Made by a program: the position numbers and the translations under genes. Below, piece by piece: positions 10,000 to 18,380 of a DNA stretch of 64,000 bases. Under the pieces are notes generated by a model that did not search any database, had not been told where the DNA came from, and was given only the letters and a program-made list of their open reading frames with translations. Source of the DNA: Candidatus Fimimonas gallinarum (GTDB lineage: Bacteria; Bacillota; Clostridia; Christensenellales; CAG-314); NCBI GenBank assembly GCA_018712065.1, contig DVHL01000029.1, positions 6,222 through 70,221 on the forward strand, in the 5' to 3' direction. Numbering within the stretch: the first letter of the stretch is position 1; every line of letters starts with the position of its first letter.

Positions 10000-10253
10000 T
10001 GCACAGTTTTTTTGGGGTAATAACAAAAATCATGCTCTATTTGCTGTTTGTAATATTGTAGTTGAAACAGTCCCTTTTCGTGTGTTGTACATCAGATTTA
10101 CAGGTAGTATGTCTAGCACTGGCTTGCTACGACTTTCTGAAAGATATTTGATGCGCAGTTTTTTGGTGTAATAACAAAAATCATGCAGCATAAGCTGTTG
10201 TGTGAAATAAGGTAGTTGAAAGAGTCCTTTTTTGTGTGTTGTACATCAGATTT
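9946..10253 (+). repeat. Tandem duplication, 2 x about 153 bp, spanning the 3' end of the DUF45 gene
   Basis: Unit 1 is 9946-10098 and unit 2 is 10099-10253. Long identical runs include GCACTGGCTT.CTACGACTTTCTGAAAGATATTTGATGC.CAG and GTGTGTTGTACATCAGATTTA. Confidence 0.85.
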
Positions 10254-10615
10254 AGCGTTACAAACAGGTTTTTTTACAATTTGCTTTCAAAAAATTTGTC
10301 GGGTACCGTACTTTCAGGTTTTAAGTTGCTATTTTGGGCAGGTGGATGTTTGTCGTAAGGGTCAAAAGCAATAGTAAAATAGTGATTTTTACTTGATTAT
10401 TATTAAAGTTTATTATATCTACTGCACTCACTCACAAAGTTACTGTTAGGAAGTAGCGGTGTCAAAACAATCGGTGCCAAGTAATGGCACAGTAATTTAT
10501 AATCAAATTTATGCTGTTTGTTACAAACGCAACAGTTTGTGTTTTTTTTTGCAAATCATTACGAAAAATTGTTATTGCTGAAATTTTAATGCGTTTTTTG
10601 CAAGAATCACCGTGA

Positions 10616-10757
10616 CCGACAAAAATGTCTTTGAGTATTTTGCTGCGACAGACGGAAACAAGTTGTTTGACGGCAGGCAAAGCCTCTAAAGATTTTTTGA
10701 GACTTACGCAGTCTTTAGGCGTAACATTGTTGTAGGCAATTTTGGACGTCAGCCGCT
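10616..10757 (-). pseudogene. Isolated 142-bp fragment copy of mutS (matches 24362-24503)
   Basis: Aligns base by base to the resident mutS with 7 mismatches. It encodes RLTSKIAYNNVTPKDCVSLKKSLEALPAVKQLVSVCRSKILKDIFVG. The flanks are unrelated to mutS. Confidence 0.85.
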
Positions 10758-10877
10758 TTTGACAAGGTAGTGCGAGTAAAAGAATCGTGCGATAGAGCGC
10801 AACGGTTGCCATTGCACTTCAAACAAAGATTGCTTTGTACGTTCGCAATGAATTCATTAAAATTTCCGTTAATTCCA

Positions 10878-11429
10878 TTAAGGGCAGACAAGTCCGTTTA
10901 GTTTTTGAAAGCAGATTGTCGCCAACTCTTCTGCGCTTTGTTTCATGCCGTAGTCTAGCCAGTAAATTATTGTGTTGACAATAGCGCCCGTCCACATAAG
11001 CCGCTCAAATTTTTCCGTTTCGGAACGTATGTGTTTGTTTGCAAGCACAATTTTATTGATAGTGTCAAGGTATTGATACTTGTCGGCACTGAAAACAATC
11101 TTTACCGTATTGCGGTTTTCCGTCATTACGCTGAAAAAATGCAAATACCAGTTGTAATCTGTAACGGAAGAAAAGGGAGTGCCGACGGCGGAAATAAAGT
11201 CGCTGTTGAGGGTGGTTACAATGTGTTTGAAAAGTTCTTCTTTGGAAAGAAAGTTGCTGTAAAACGCCATACGGGAAACACCTGCTTTTTTGCAGATGTC
11301 TGTAACGGAAATTTCTTCAAAATTTTTCTTTTCCAAAAGTATGATAAGTGCTTCCTGCAAGCACTGTCTTGTGAGTTTTTTTATATTTTCGTTGTGCAGG
11401 GTAAGCCCCGAAGTGTTGTGTTCGGACAT
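10878..11429 (-). CDS. TetR/AcrR family transcriptional regulator
   Basis: HTH ISVTDICKKAGVSRMAFYSNFLSKEELF. The start is placed at MSEHNTSG, preceded by a GGGGGG SD sequence. Confidence 0.85.
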   Translation of the reverse strand: MSEHNTSGLTLHNENIKKLTRQCLQEALIILLEKKNFEEISVTDICKKAGVSRMAFYSNFLSKEELFKHIVTTLNSDFISAVGTPFSSVTDYNWYLHFFSVMTENRNTVKIVFSADKYQYLDTINKIVLANKHIRSETEKFERLMWTGAIVNTIIYWLDYGMKQSAEELATICFQKLNGLVCP

Positions 11430-11582
11430 TACAAATCCCCCCTTTTTGTAAACAACGTGACGTAAAATGTTTTCACAAATGTAATATATGAGTATAATAA
11501 TCACGGTCTTTACAGTTGTAATATCTGAATGATATCACACCGACTAATTTATGTAAAGTCAAATTTACCGAAAGAGGTTGAA

Positions 11583-12443
11583 ATGAAACAGTACAAACTT
11601 TTTATGGACGTATCGGGCGATATTTTGCATGAAATTGCGGGGGACAGTGTCGGGCTGGTACCTATGGAATTTATTATCGACGGCAAATCCTACATCTACA
11701 CCGATTCCGACGAAGGAATGAATCCGATAGAGTTTTACCAGTATGTAAAGCAGGGAATTGCAATCAAAACCAGTCAGATTACGCCTGCTTTTTACGAAAA
11801 TTATTTTGACGAAACGCTCAAAAACGGATATTCAGTGTTGTATTTGTGCCTGTCAAGTAAATTGTCTTCCACCTATATGTCGGCATGTCACGCATCGGAA
11901 ACGTTGAAGGAAAAGTATCCCGATGTGGACTTTGTCCCTGTCGACTCGTTGCAGGCGACGGTAGGAATGGGGTTATTGTGTGAAAAGATGATTGAAAATC
12001 GTAACAACGGACTTTCCATAGAGCAAAACAAAGAAAGTTTGCTTGCCGCTCGCTCGCACATTACAACCACAGGCGTTGTAGACGACCTCAACGCTTTGAA
12101 ACGTGGCGGCAGAATAAGCGCAACAGTTGCAGTAATAGGCGGTGTTCTCAATTTCAAACCGGTGGTAGCCGTAAAAGAAGACGGTTCGCTGCAAATGAGT
12201 ACGACGACGCACGGTATGAAGAAAGCGTTGAAATACTTTGTAGATTTGTTTACGGAAACGCACGACGAAAACAGCAAAGTGGTGTACATTATGCATGCCG
12301 ACGAAGAGAAAAATTCTCTCGCTTTGCAGGATATGCTGTTGCAGGCATTTCCCGATTTGCAAATACGACGCCGTTTGCTTTCGCCAATCATTGGCGCTCA
12401 CCTTGGAAAAGGGCTTGTCGGTTTGGCGTTTTACAAAAAGTAA
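11583..12443 (+). CDS. DegV family fatty-acid-binding protein
   Basis: DegV-like throughout (MDVSGDI...VPVDSLQATVGMGLL...GGRIS...). It is divergent from the TetR gene. The start is at MKQYKLF after an AGAGG SD sequence. Confidence 0.9.
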   Translation: MKQYKLFMDVSGDILHEIAGDSVGLVPMEFIIDGKSYIYTDSDEGMNPIEFYQYVKQGIAIKTSQITPAFYENYFDETLKNGYSVLYLCLSSKLSSTYMSACHASETLKEKYPDVDFVPVDSLQATVGMGLLCEKMIENRNNGLSIEQNKESLLAARSHITTTGVVDDLNALKRGGRISATVAVIGGVLNFKPVVAVKEDGSLQMSTTTHGMKKALKYFVDLFTETHDENSKVVYIMHADEEKNSLALQDMLLQAFPDLQIRRRLLSPIIGAHLGKGLVGLAFYKK

Positions 12444-12551
12444 CAAAGGCGTTGAGCATGACAAACACAACGGTAACGCTCAAAAACGAGCGTAAATGTT
12501 TCAGAGTTTATTTTGTGTTTAGTGATTTACCGCAGACAGTTAAAGAAAACT

Positions 12552-12580
12552 AAAAGCGACGCAAAGGCGTCGCTTTTTTG
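12552..12580. terminator. Rho-independent terminator after degV (A-run/T-run flanked)
   Basis: AGCGACGC-aaag-GCGTCGCT followed by TTTTTT. Confidence 0.75.
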
Positions 12581-12731
12581 TATAATTTGATTTTTATATT
12601 CAAGCAAAATCTATCTGACAAACAAATCTTTCAAAGTTGTTGTTTTTGCAAACAAGGTGTAACGCAAAACAACATTTTTGCATTGTAAAGTAGAGTAGTA
12701 ATATCGGCGATTTCCGTTACACCGAAAGACC

Positions 12732-12852
12732 CAAACAAATTGCTGTGTAAGCAAAAGAGAAAACGCCCTTTTCAGTCGTCAGGCAATCGGCAAGAAAATT
12801 CACGCTGACAAAATTTTCACGCTACGTAGTAGCAAACAAATTGCTGTGAAAG
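12732..12852 (+). repeat. Direct repeat CAAACAAATTGCTGTG (12732 and 12833), with an inner tandem AAAATTCACGCTGAC / AAATTTTCACGCTAC
   Basis: Read directly from the sequence. Located in the degV-lexA intergenic region. Confidence 0.7.
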
Positions 12853-12880
12853 TGTGTAATCGCAAAACTTTTGCGAAGTT

Positions 12881-13486
12881 TCAGAATTTTTTTAGGCATC
12901 CGACAACTTTACCTATTATCGAAGGCGACTCGTCGGGGGTAATTACAATGTCTTCCATGCTGTCGTTTTCGGGATGCAGTACCAGATTGGGCGATATTTG
13001 CGCAATGCGTTTAATGGTGGCTTTTTCCTGCCATAAAACAACGGCAATTTCCCCCAAATCCACTTCGTTTTGTTGTCGTACAACTACGAAGTCGCCGTCG
13101 TCAATGCCGGCATTTATCATACTTTGACCTTCGACACGCAACAGATACAAGTCCTTTCCCGTAAACATGCTTTGTGGCAGAGGAATTTCTTCCTCGATGT
13201 TTTCCTGTGCCAAAATGCCCTTACCTGCGCTGACATTACCCACAAGCGGAACGAAGTTAGCCCCCGTGCGGTTGTTGCCGTTTATTACCACTGCACGTTT
13301 TTTGTTTTCTTCCTGCTGAATAACTCCGCTTTGTTTGAGTTTTTCCAAATAGTAGTGCACGGTGGAAGTGGATTTTATTCCGAATTTTGCGCCTATTTCC
13401 CTTACGGAAGGCGGAAAACCGTTTAAGGCGGAAAATTCTTTCAGAAAGTTGTAGATAGCATTAAGTTTTACGTCACCCTTTTTCAT
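12881..13486 (-). CDS. lexA: LexA repressor
   Basis: N-terminal winged helix (GFPPSVREIGAKFGIKSTSTVHYYLEKL). The S24 peptidase domain has catalytic Ser (EGQSMINAGI) and Lys (ATIKRI). The ORF is open to 13501, but the ATG at 13486 fits LexA N-termini. Confidence 0.92.
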   Translation of the reverse strand: MKKGDVKLNAIYNFLKEFSALNGFPPSVREIGAKFGIKSTSTVHYYLEKLKQSGVIQQEENKKRAVVINGNNRTGANFVPLVGNVSAGKGILAQENIEEEIPLPQSMFTGKDLYLLRVEGQSMINAGIDDGDFVVVRQQNEVDLGEIAVVLWQEKATIKRIAQISPNLVLHPENDSMEDIVITPDESPSIIGKVVGCLKKF

Positions 13487-13492
13487 ACAAGC

Positions 13493-13521
13493 ATTATACA
13501 ATATTCGCCCTGCCTTTGCAA
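13493..13521 (-). promoter_or_regulatory. Sigma-A promoter of lexA
   Basis: Minus strand TTGCAA-17 nt-TATAAT. The -10 element ends 6 nt before the ATG at 13486. Confidence 0.65.
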
Positions 13522-13530
13522 GCGTTTTTG

Positions 13531-13542
13531 AAACTTTTGTTC
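13531..13542 (-). promoter_or_regulatory. Candidate LexA (Cheo-type) box
   Basis: Minus strand GAACAAAAGTTT, one mismatch from GAAC-N4-GTTC. It lies 9 nt upstream of the -35 element. Confidence 0.4.
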
Positions 13543-13581
13543 TAAAAGAACGGATTATTTTGCTTTATTGCGCTTACAAAC

Positions 13582-13620
13582 GGCATTTTGCAAAATACTA
13601 TTTCAGACATACTATTGAAT
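13582..13620 (-). repeat. Copy h of the dispersed intergenic repeat family
   Basis: Minus strand reads ATTCAATAGTATGTCTGAAATAGTATTTTGCAAAATGCC. It lies between the hflX terminator and the lexA promoter. Confidence 0.8.
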
Positions 13621-13623
13621 TTC

Positions 13624-13655
13624 TAAAAAAACGGCAACTAAAAGTTGTTGCCGTT
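13624..13655 (-). terminator. Rho-independent terminator after hflX
   Basis: ACGGCAAC/GTTGCCGT hairpin followed by T6 on the minus strand, starting 2 nt after the stop. Confidence 0.7.
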
Positions 13656-14897
13656 TCAGTCGAATTTGAGGTATTCTCCAAACAGTGCCACGTATTTCCG
13701 TTTGACAGTAGCGGAAAAAACAGTACAACAGTCTGTGTAATCGGTGGTAATTTTCACTGCATATTTCTGCAGTTTGGCTGCAATTTTTCCGCTGTCTGTG
13801 AATGGAACTTCCAATTTGATGTCGGCATACTGACGGTAAATTTCCTGCTTTATCATTTCCAAAAGTACATCCATGTTTTTGCCTGTAAGTGCAGAAACAA
13901 ACACCGATTTGTGGTTGCCGGGCTTTACGGAGAATGTCGTTTTGTCACACTTGTTGTACACTCGTATTATTGGGGCGGTTACTCCGAGTTGTGCCAAAAT
14001 TTCCTCGGTAACGGCAATGTGATTTTCCACTTCGTCGGAGGAAACATCGCACACATTGAGAATAAGATCGGCGTAGGTTACTTCTTCCAGGGTTGATTTG
14101 AAAGCGTCAATAAGCAGCGTCGGCAGGTTCCTTATGAATCCTACGGTATCGCAAAACAGTACATCGAAGCAATCAAGCGAAACTTTCTTTACTGTAGTGT
14201 CAAGTGAGGCAAACAGCCTGTCGTCTGCGTACACGTGGTAGCCTGTAAGGCTGTTGAACATGGTGGACTTGCCTGCGTTGGTGTATCCTACCAGCGCAAC
14301 GGTGAAAATTTCGTTGTCGAGGCGTTGTTTTCGTGTTGTACTTCGCTGTTTTGCTATTTCCTGCAACTCTTTACGCAAGCGATACATTTTTTCCCTTGCA
14401 ATACGTTTGTCCGTTTCAAGTTGAGTTTCTCCCGGTCCTCTTGTGCCTATTCCGCCGCCCTGACGGGAAAAATCTTTGTCGCTACGTGTTGCCAAAGAGT
14501 AGGACAGTTGTGCCAACTCAACCTGTTTTTTGCCTTCGGCAGTAGTGGCACGCAATGCAAAAATGTCCAAAATCAGGTCAACAACGTCAATTACGGTTAC
14601 GCCAAGCGCCTCCGTGAGATTTCTGCGCTGTAAAGAATCGAGTTTTTGCGAAAAAATGACAACGTTTATCTGACAGTCGAGGTTTTGTAGCGCAACTTTA
14701 ATTTCTTCCACTTTGCCCGAACCAACCAGCGTTTTTGCGTCGGGGGTGTTTCGGCTTTGTTTGCAGAACAGTTTAACTTCACCGTGTGCCGAACGTATCA
14801 AATCGTACAGTTCCAATACTTCGTCGTCGTTGTTAGAAGGTTGCTCCAAATACACCAAAGCAACGTTTTGAATGTTATGTTTTGTTTCAGTCTTCAT
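13656..14897 (-). CDS. hflX: GTPase HflX
   Basis: HflX N-domain plus G-domain (GYTNAGKSTMFN, DTVGF, NKCD). Confidence 0.93.
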   Translation of the reverse strand: MKTETKHNIQNVALVYLEQPSNNDDEVLELYDLIRSAHGEVKLFCKQSRNTPDAKTLVGSGKVEEIKVALQNLDCQINVVIFSQKLDSLQRRNLTEALGVTVIDVVDLILDIFALRATTAEGKKQVELAQLSYSLATRSDKDFSRQGGGIGTRGPGETQLETDKRIAREKMYRLRKELQEIAKQRSTTRKQRLDNEIFTVALVGYTNAGKSTMFNSLTGYHVYADDRLFASLDTTVKKVSLDCFDVLFCDTVGFIRNLPTLLIDAFKSTLEEVTYADLILNVCDVSSDEVENHIAVTEEILAQLGVTAPIIRVYNKCDKTTFSVKPGNHKSVFVSALTGKNMDVLLEMIKQEIYRQYADIKLEVPFTDSGKIAAKLQKYAVKITTDYTDCCTVFSATVKRKYVALFGEYLKFD

Positions 14898-15963
14898 CGT
14901 TTTTTATATCTTCCGTTTCGCTGCGCAGAGCGACTTTTGTCGATGCGTTGCGCCTTATGTCGTCGGTAATGGCGGCGTAGTGCTTTTTTGTTGTGTTGAC
15001 GTCTTTGTGTCCCAAAACATCCGCCACAACGTAAATGTCGCCTGTACTTCTGTAAAGTTGCGTGCCGAATGTGGAACGCAATTTGTGTGGGGTAATGTGT
15101 TTCAACGGCGTTGCCACCTGACTGTACTTTTTGACAATGTTTTCTACTGCACGTGTTGTTATGCGCTTTTTTTGCAAGGACAAAAACAGTGCAGGCTCGT
15201 TTTTAAGCGATGTGTCGGCTTTCCGCATGCTGTAATAGTCGTACAGATACCCTGCAATTTCGTCGGAAAAGTACAAAATTACACGTGCGCCACCTTTTCG
15301 TGTTACTACAAAACTCAAATCGTCAAAATTGACGTCGTCAACATCGATTCCCACAAGTTCGCTGACACGGATTCCCGTTCCCAAAAACAGGCTGACTATT
15401 GCCAAATCACGTATTTTGGTATTTTCCTGATACTTTTGCTGATGTGCCGAAAGCCCTTCGCCCGTTTCCACAACGTCCAGCATAGCACCGATTTCTTCGG
15501 TGTTCAGACGAATAATTTCTTTTTCGTGCAGTTTGGGTGTTTCCACCGAAGCGGTGGGGTTGAAACGCATTACCTGTTTTTTTTCAAAGTACTTGACAAG
15601 CGATCGTATCGCCGAAAGTTTGCGACTTTTGCCACGCTCTCCGTTGCGTATCAGATTGCCCTCTTCGTCTTTGTAAATTTCAATGTAGTTGAGATATGCT
15701 TCAACCTCAAAGGGGGAAAGCGATTCCACATCGGCAGTAGTCAGTTCCTTTGTGCTTTTGCCCTTAAACCTACTGATACGGCTGCACATGTACTTGAAAA
15801 AAGTGCGTATATCGTAAGCGTAATTCAAACGGGTGAGCGCACTGGTGGAAGTGGAAATACCGACAAAATATTCTCGGCAAAATTCCGGCAAATCTTCATC
15901 CAGAATCTTTTCGGTGCGCTGTACGTTTATTAAATCTCTGTTGTTAAAATAGGTTTTTGACAT
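14887..15963 (-). CDS. Tyrosine recombinase, XerC/XerD-like
   Basis: Catalytic residues sit in LGTGIRVSEL, HKLRSTFGT, LGHKDVNTTKKHY. The stop overlaps the hflX start by 11 nt (GATGAAGACTGA). Confidence 0.85.
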   Translation of the reverse strand: MSKTYFNNRDLINVQRTEKILDEDLPEFCREYFVGISTSTSALTRLNYAYDIRTFFKYMCSRISRFKGKSTKELTTADVESLSPFEVEAYLNYIEIYKDEEGNLIRNGERGKSRKLSAIRSLVKYFEKKQVMRFNPTASVETPKLHEKEIIRLNTEEIGAMLDVVETGEGLSAHQQKYQENTKIRDLAIVSLFLGTGIRVSELVGIDVDDVNFDDLSFVVTRKGGARVILYFSDEIAGYLYDYYSMRKADTSLKNEPALFLSLQKKRITTRAVENIVKKYSQVATPLKHITPHKLRSTFGTQLYRSTGDIYVVADVLGHKDVNTTKKHYAAITDDIRRNASTKVALRSETEDIKNDED

Positions 15964-16000
15964 ATTTGCATTTTATCATACTTTTACGGTAAAAACAAGA

Positions 16001-16038
16001 TTTTGCGAATAAATACATATTGTTTTTGCGAATAAATA
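16001..16038 (+). repeat. Tandem direct repeat TTTTGCGAATAAATA x2 (23-bp period) upstream of the recombinase gene
   Basis: Read directly from the sequence at 16001-16015 and 16024-16038. Confidence 0.7.
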
Positions 16039-16858
16039 GTGGTCGTGGAGTAAAATTTTGCACTTTTTCGGCAGTGGTAGTGGCATTTTCTATAAAATAA
16101 GGCTTTGAAACAGCCTGCGGATTTGCTGTGCAGACTCAAACAAAAGAGGGCTAAATGTTATTGTTGAGTTTACAGGGCGTTTAATAAGACCTAAGACCCG
16201 AAACTAACCTATCATAGAGTTTCTGCGCAGCAGCAGACCATATACATATACAGATAACGCAGACGTAGAACACAGCCGTAGCAGTCCATAAGAGTCCATA
16301 AGCACCCCGTGCCGTGCTTTTTTAATGCTCTCGCACCCGTCGACGCAACGGGCGATTGTCGGCTGAACCGCATTGCACAAAACGCCCTTTTCCGTGCCTT
16401 TAAGGTAGGACTACAAACTACAATGGGCTCCCCGCTCTGCTGTCCAGTGTTTGCAAACAAACACCGCCAAACCCAACCAAGCAGGTGGGCGACGATAAGG
16501 TTACATAAAAAAGACCCTTTGCTGATTACGGGGAAAAGGGCAAGCCTTTTCCCTGTGTGCTCAGGGTGGTGGCGGTAGCCGTGGCAGTCAAGTTTTGCCC
16601 GTCAAGCGTAATGTCCGCAAGCGGCTGCCTTGCCGTTCTTCCTTGAATGCCACTTTGTTGGCTGCGGAAGGCGTTGTTTTTGTGTTCCACCTGTGTGGTG
16701 GAAGTGGCGGCGTAACTCGTACGCTTCCTTTGCACCTACGGGTTTTGAATTAACACCCTGTCGGGCGGTAATAGCCTGTTTTGTTGGCTTTTGTAGGGCG
16801 TTGTTTGACGTGAAGTAAGCGGTTTTCTTTGCAGATATACAGCAAATGACTTACATAT

Positions 16859-16892
16859 ATCTCTTCGCAAAAGCATAGTTTTGCGAAGAGAT
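16859..16892. repeat. Perfect 14-bp inverted repeat with 6-nt loop
   Basis: ATCTCTTCGCAAAA-gcatag-TTTTGCGAAGAGAT. There is no adjacent T-run, so it is not a canonical terminator. Confidence 0.8.
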
Positions 16893-18348
16893 GGCGGCAA
16901 AAAAAGTTTTTTTGAGAGTGATTGAGCCCTTTTGTGGCTGAAAAACGGCTTCTGACAGCAATTAAAAGTCATTAGTACAATTATAATTAAAAATTAATTC
17001 GTCAAATTGCGATCTTGAGAATTTTTATTCTGACTTATATTTGATCTTGTTCGATTTATTTATTTGTCCTCAAATTTCCCGATGTATCTATTCAAATAAA
17101 AGATGTGAGTTATTTAATTCTTTGGACACCGAACATAGTTTTTAAGATAAATATTAGAAATTATGTTTGCTGAATCAGGCTTTTTCACATGCACGTCGTA
17201 TTTGCATTCAACTATTTTTGGGTAATGCTACGTTGCCCCTCTAAAAAAACAGTTCATCACATTTCAGAAAATTTAATTTTAAATAAAGTTTCATTTGTTT
17301 TGTGACGAGTTTCCCGACTCACATCTCGGCATAATTGGGCGTTTGTCGGCTTAAATACACGCTTTGTGCCATATTTTCGGGGGTAAAATAAGCCTAGTAA
17401 AAGACATTACAGACAGATTTCGACAACAAAACAATATTGCGTATGGTTTAATTTGTAAAAATTGTATCAAATTCGAATCGCCTCTGACTCTGCACGACCG
17501 TAAACAGTTTCCATGATTGCGTCAATGCGTCTTTTTGTAGCGACTCGCATAAAGTTTCCATGTGTTGGATTAGATTGTATTTAGTTTTAATAGTACGAAT
17601 TTGTTTTTGATTTGCAGACGAGGACTCCATATAAACATTGTTTGGCTGGCTGAAACAGCCTTTGAGTCAGAATCAAGAAATCTATTTGAATAAATTCCCG
17701 ATTATTTTGTTTTACATCGGCAAGTTAATTTCATAAATGCAATACAGAATGCTCACAAAATTGTGCGAACGACTATTTGCAGATATTGTGCGAAACGTTT
17801 TTTTTGGTGTATTGAAGTCTTGTGTACATTCAAACAAATTCAAAAAAATAACTGAAATAATGTAAAAAGTCTTATAAATAAGGTTTACACTACGGAAAGC
17901 TGCTACGCTTGCGGCAATAACTGTTTTGCTTGCCATAGGACTGAGAAGCATTTATTTTAAATTTTAACTGAACGAACTATGTTGCGGTTTCAAAACAAAT
18001 TTTGTTTCTAATGATTGGCATTAGTTTACTTGCAATTTTAATTTGAGTGATAAATTTTAGTACAATTTGAATGCAACAATAAGAAATCCGCTAAAAAAGA
18101 AAACTGCATTTACAAGGTACACAGAATATATTTCATTAATTATTACAGGAAATTTTTCGCAAAGCAAACAAACACTTGCATTACATTTTACAAGTGTTTA
18201 TACAAAAGCCGAGGAGTAAACTGTGCTTTGTGCATGCATTCAATTAATTTGCATTCAAGGTCCTTACGCAGTAATCAGAGTCCGATATTCTAAGTGCAGG
18301 GAAAGTAAACATACATAAATATCATGGATCATTCAAAAACGACGAGCA

Positions 18349-18380
18349 TAAAAAACGCCGTTTTGATATCAAACGACGTT
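18349..18380 (-). terminator. Terminator-like hairpin plus T6, about 160 nt downstream of the ynbB-like gene
   Basis: Minus strand AACGTCGTTT-gatatca-AAACGGCGTT (one mismatch) followed by TTTTTT. Confidence 0.55.

Noticed and set aside
10462-10812. 116-aa ORF in the TetR-upstream gap.
   Set aside because: Its central 47 residues are simply the translated mutS fragment (10616-10757). The remainder has no coding character or SD sequence. It is treated as a pseudogene fragment, not a gene.
13539-13551. GTTCTAAAAGAAC upstream of lexA as an SOS box.
   Set aside because: The half-sites are in the wrong order and spacing: GTTC-N5-GAAC instead of GAAC-N4-GTTC. Only the overlapping GAACAAAAGTTT (minus strand) is kept, as a low-confidence candidate.
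16150-16830. The GC-rich ORF-less block as tmRNA, RNase P RNA or SRP RNA.
   Set aside because: I looked on both strands for the hallmark motifs. These were the tmRNA GGGG...TTCGACGGG 5' end with a GGTTCGA.TCC...CCACCA 3' end, the RNase P GAGGAAAGTCC, and the SRP GGAAGGAAGCAGCC-type domain IV. Only loose resemblances were found (CTTCCACCA without a T-arm; AAGGAAGAACGGCAAGGCAGCC). This is not enough to call any of them.
16526-16972. 147-codon minus-strand frame (two ORFs joined through an in-frame TAG) as a read-through gene or pseudogene.
   Set aside because: The translation is low-complexity and rich in R, K, Q, S and T, with no SD sequence and no recognisable motif. Only a T/A-rich stretch (ITLDGQNLTATATATTLS) vaguely resembles surface-protein linkers. 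It stays part of the unexplained-block finding.
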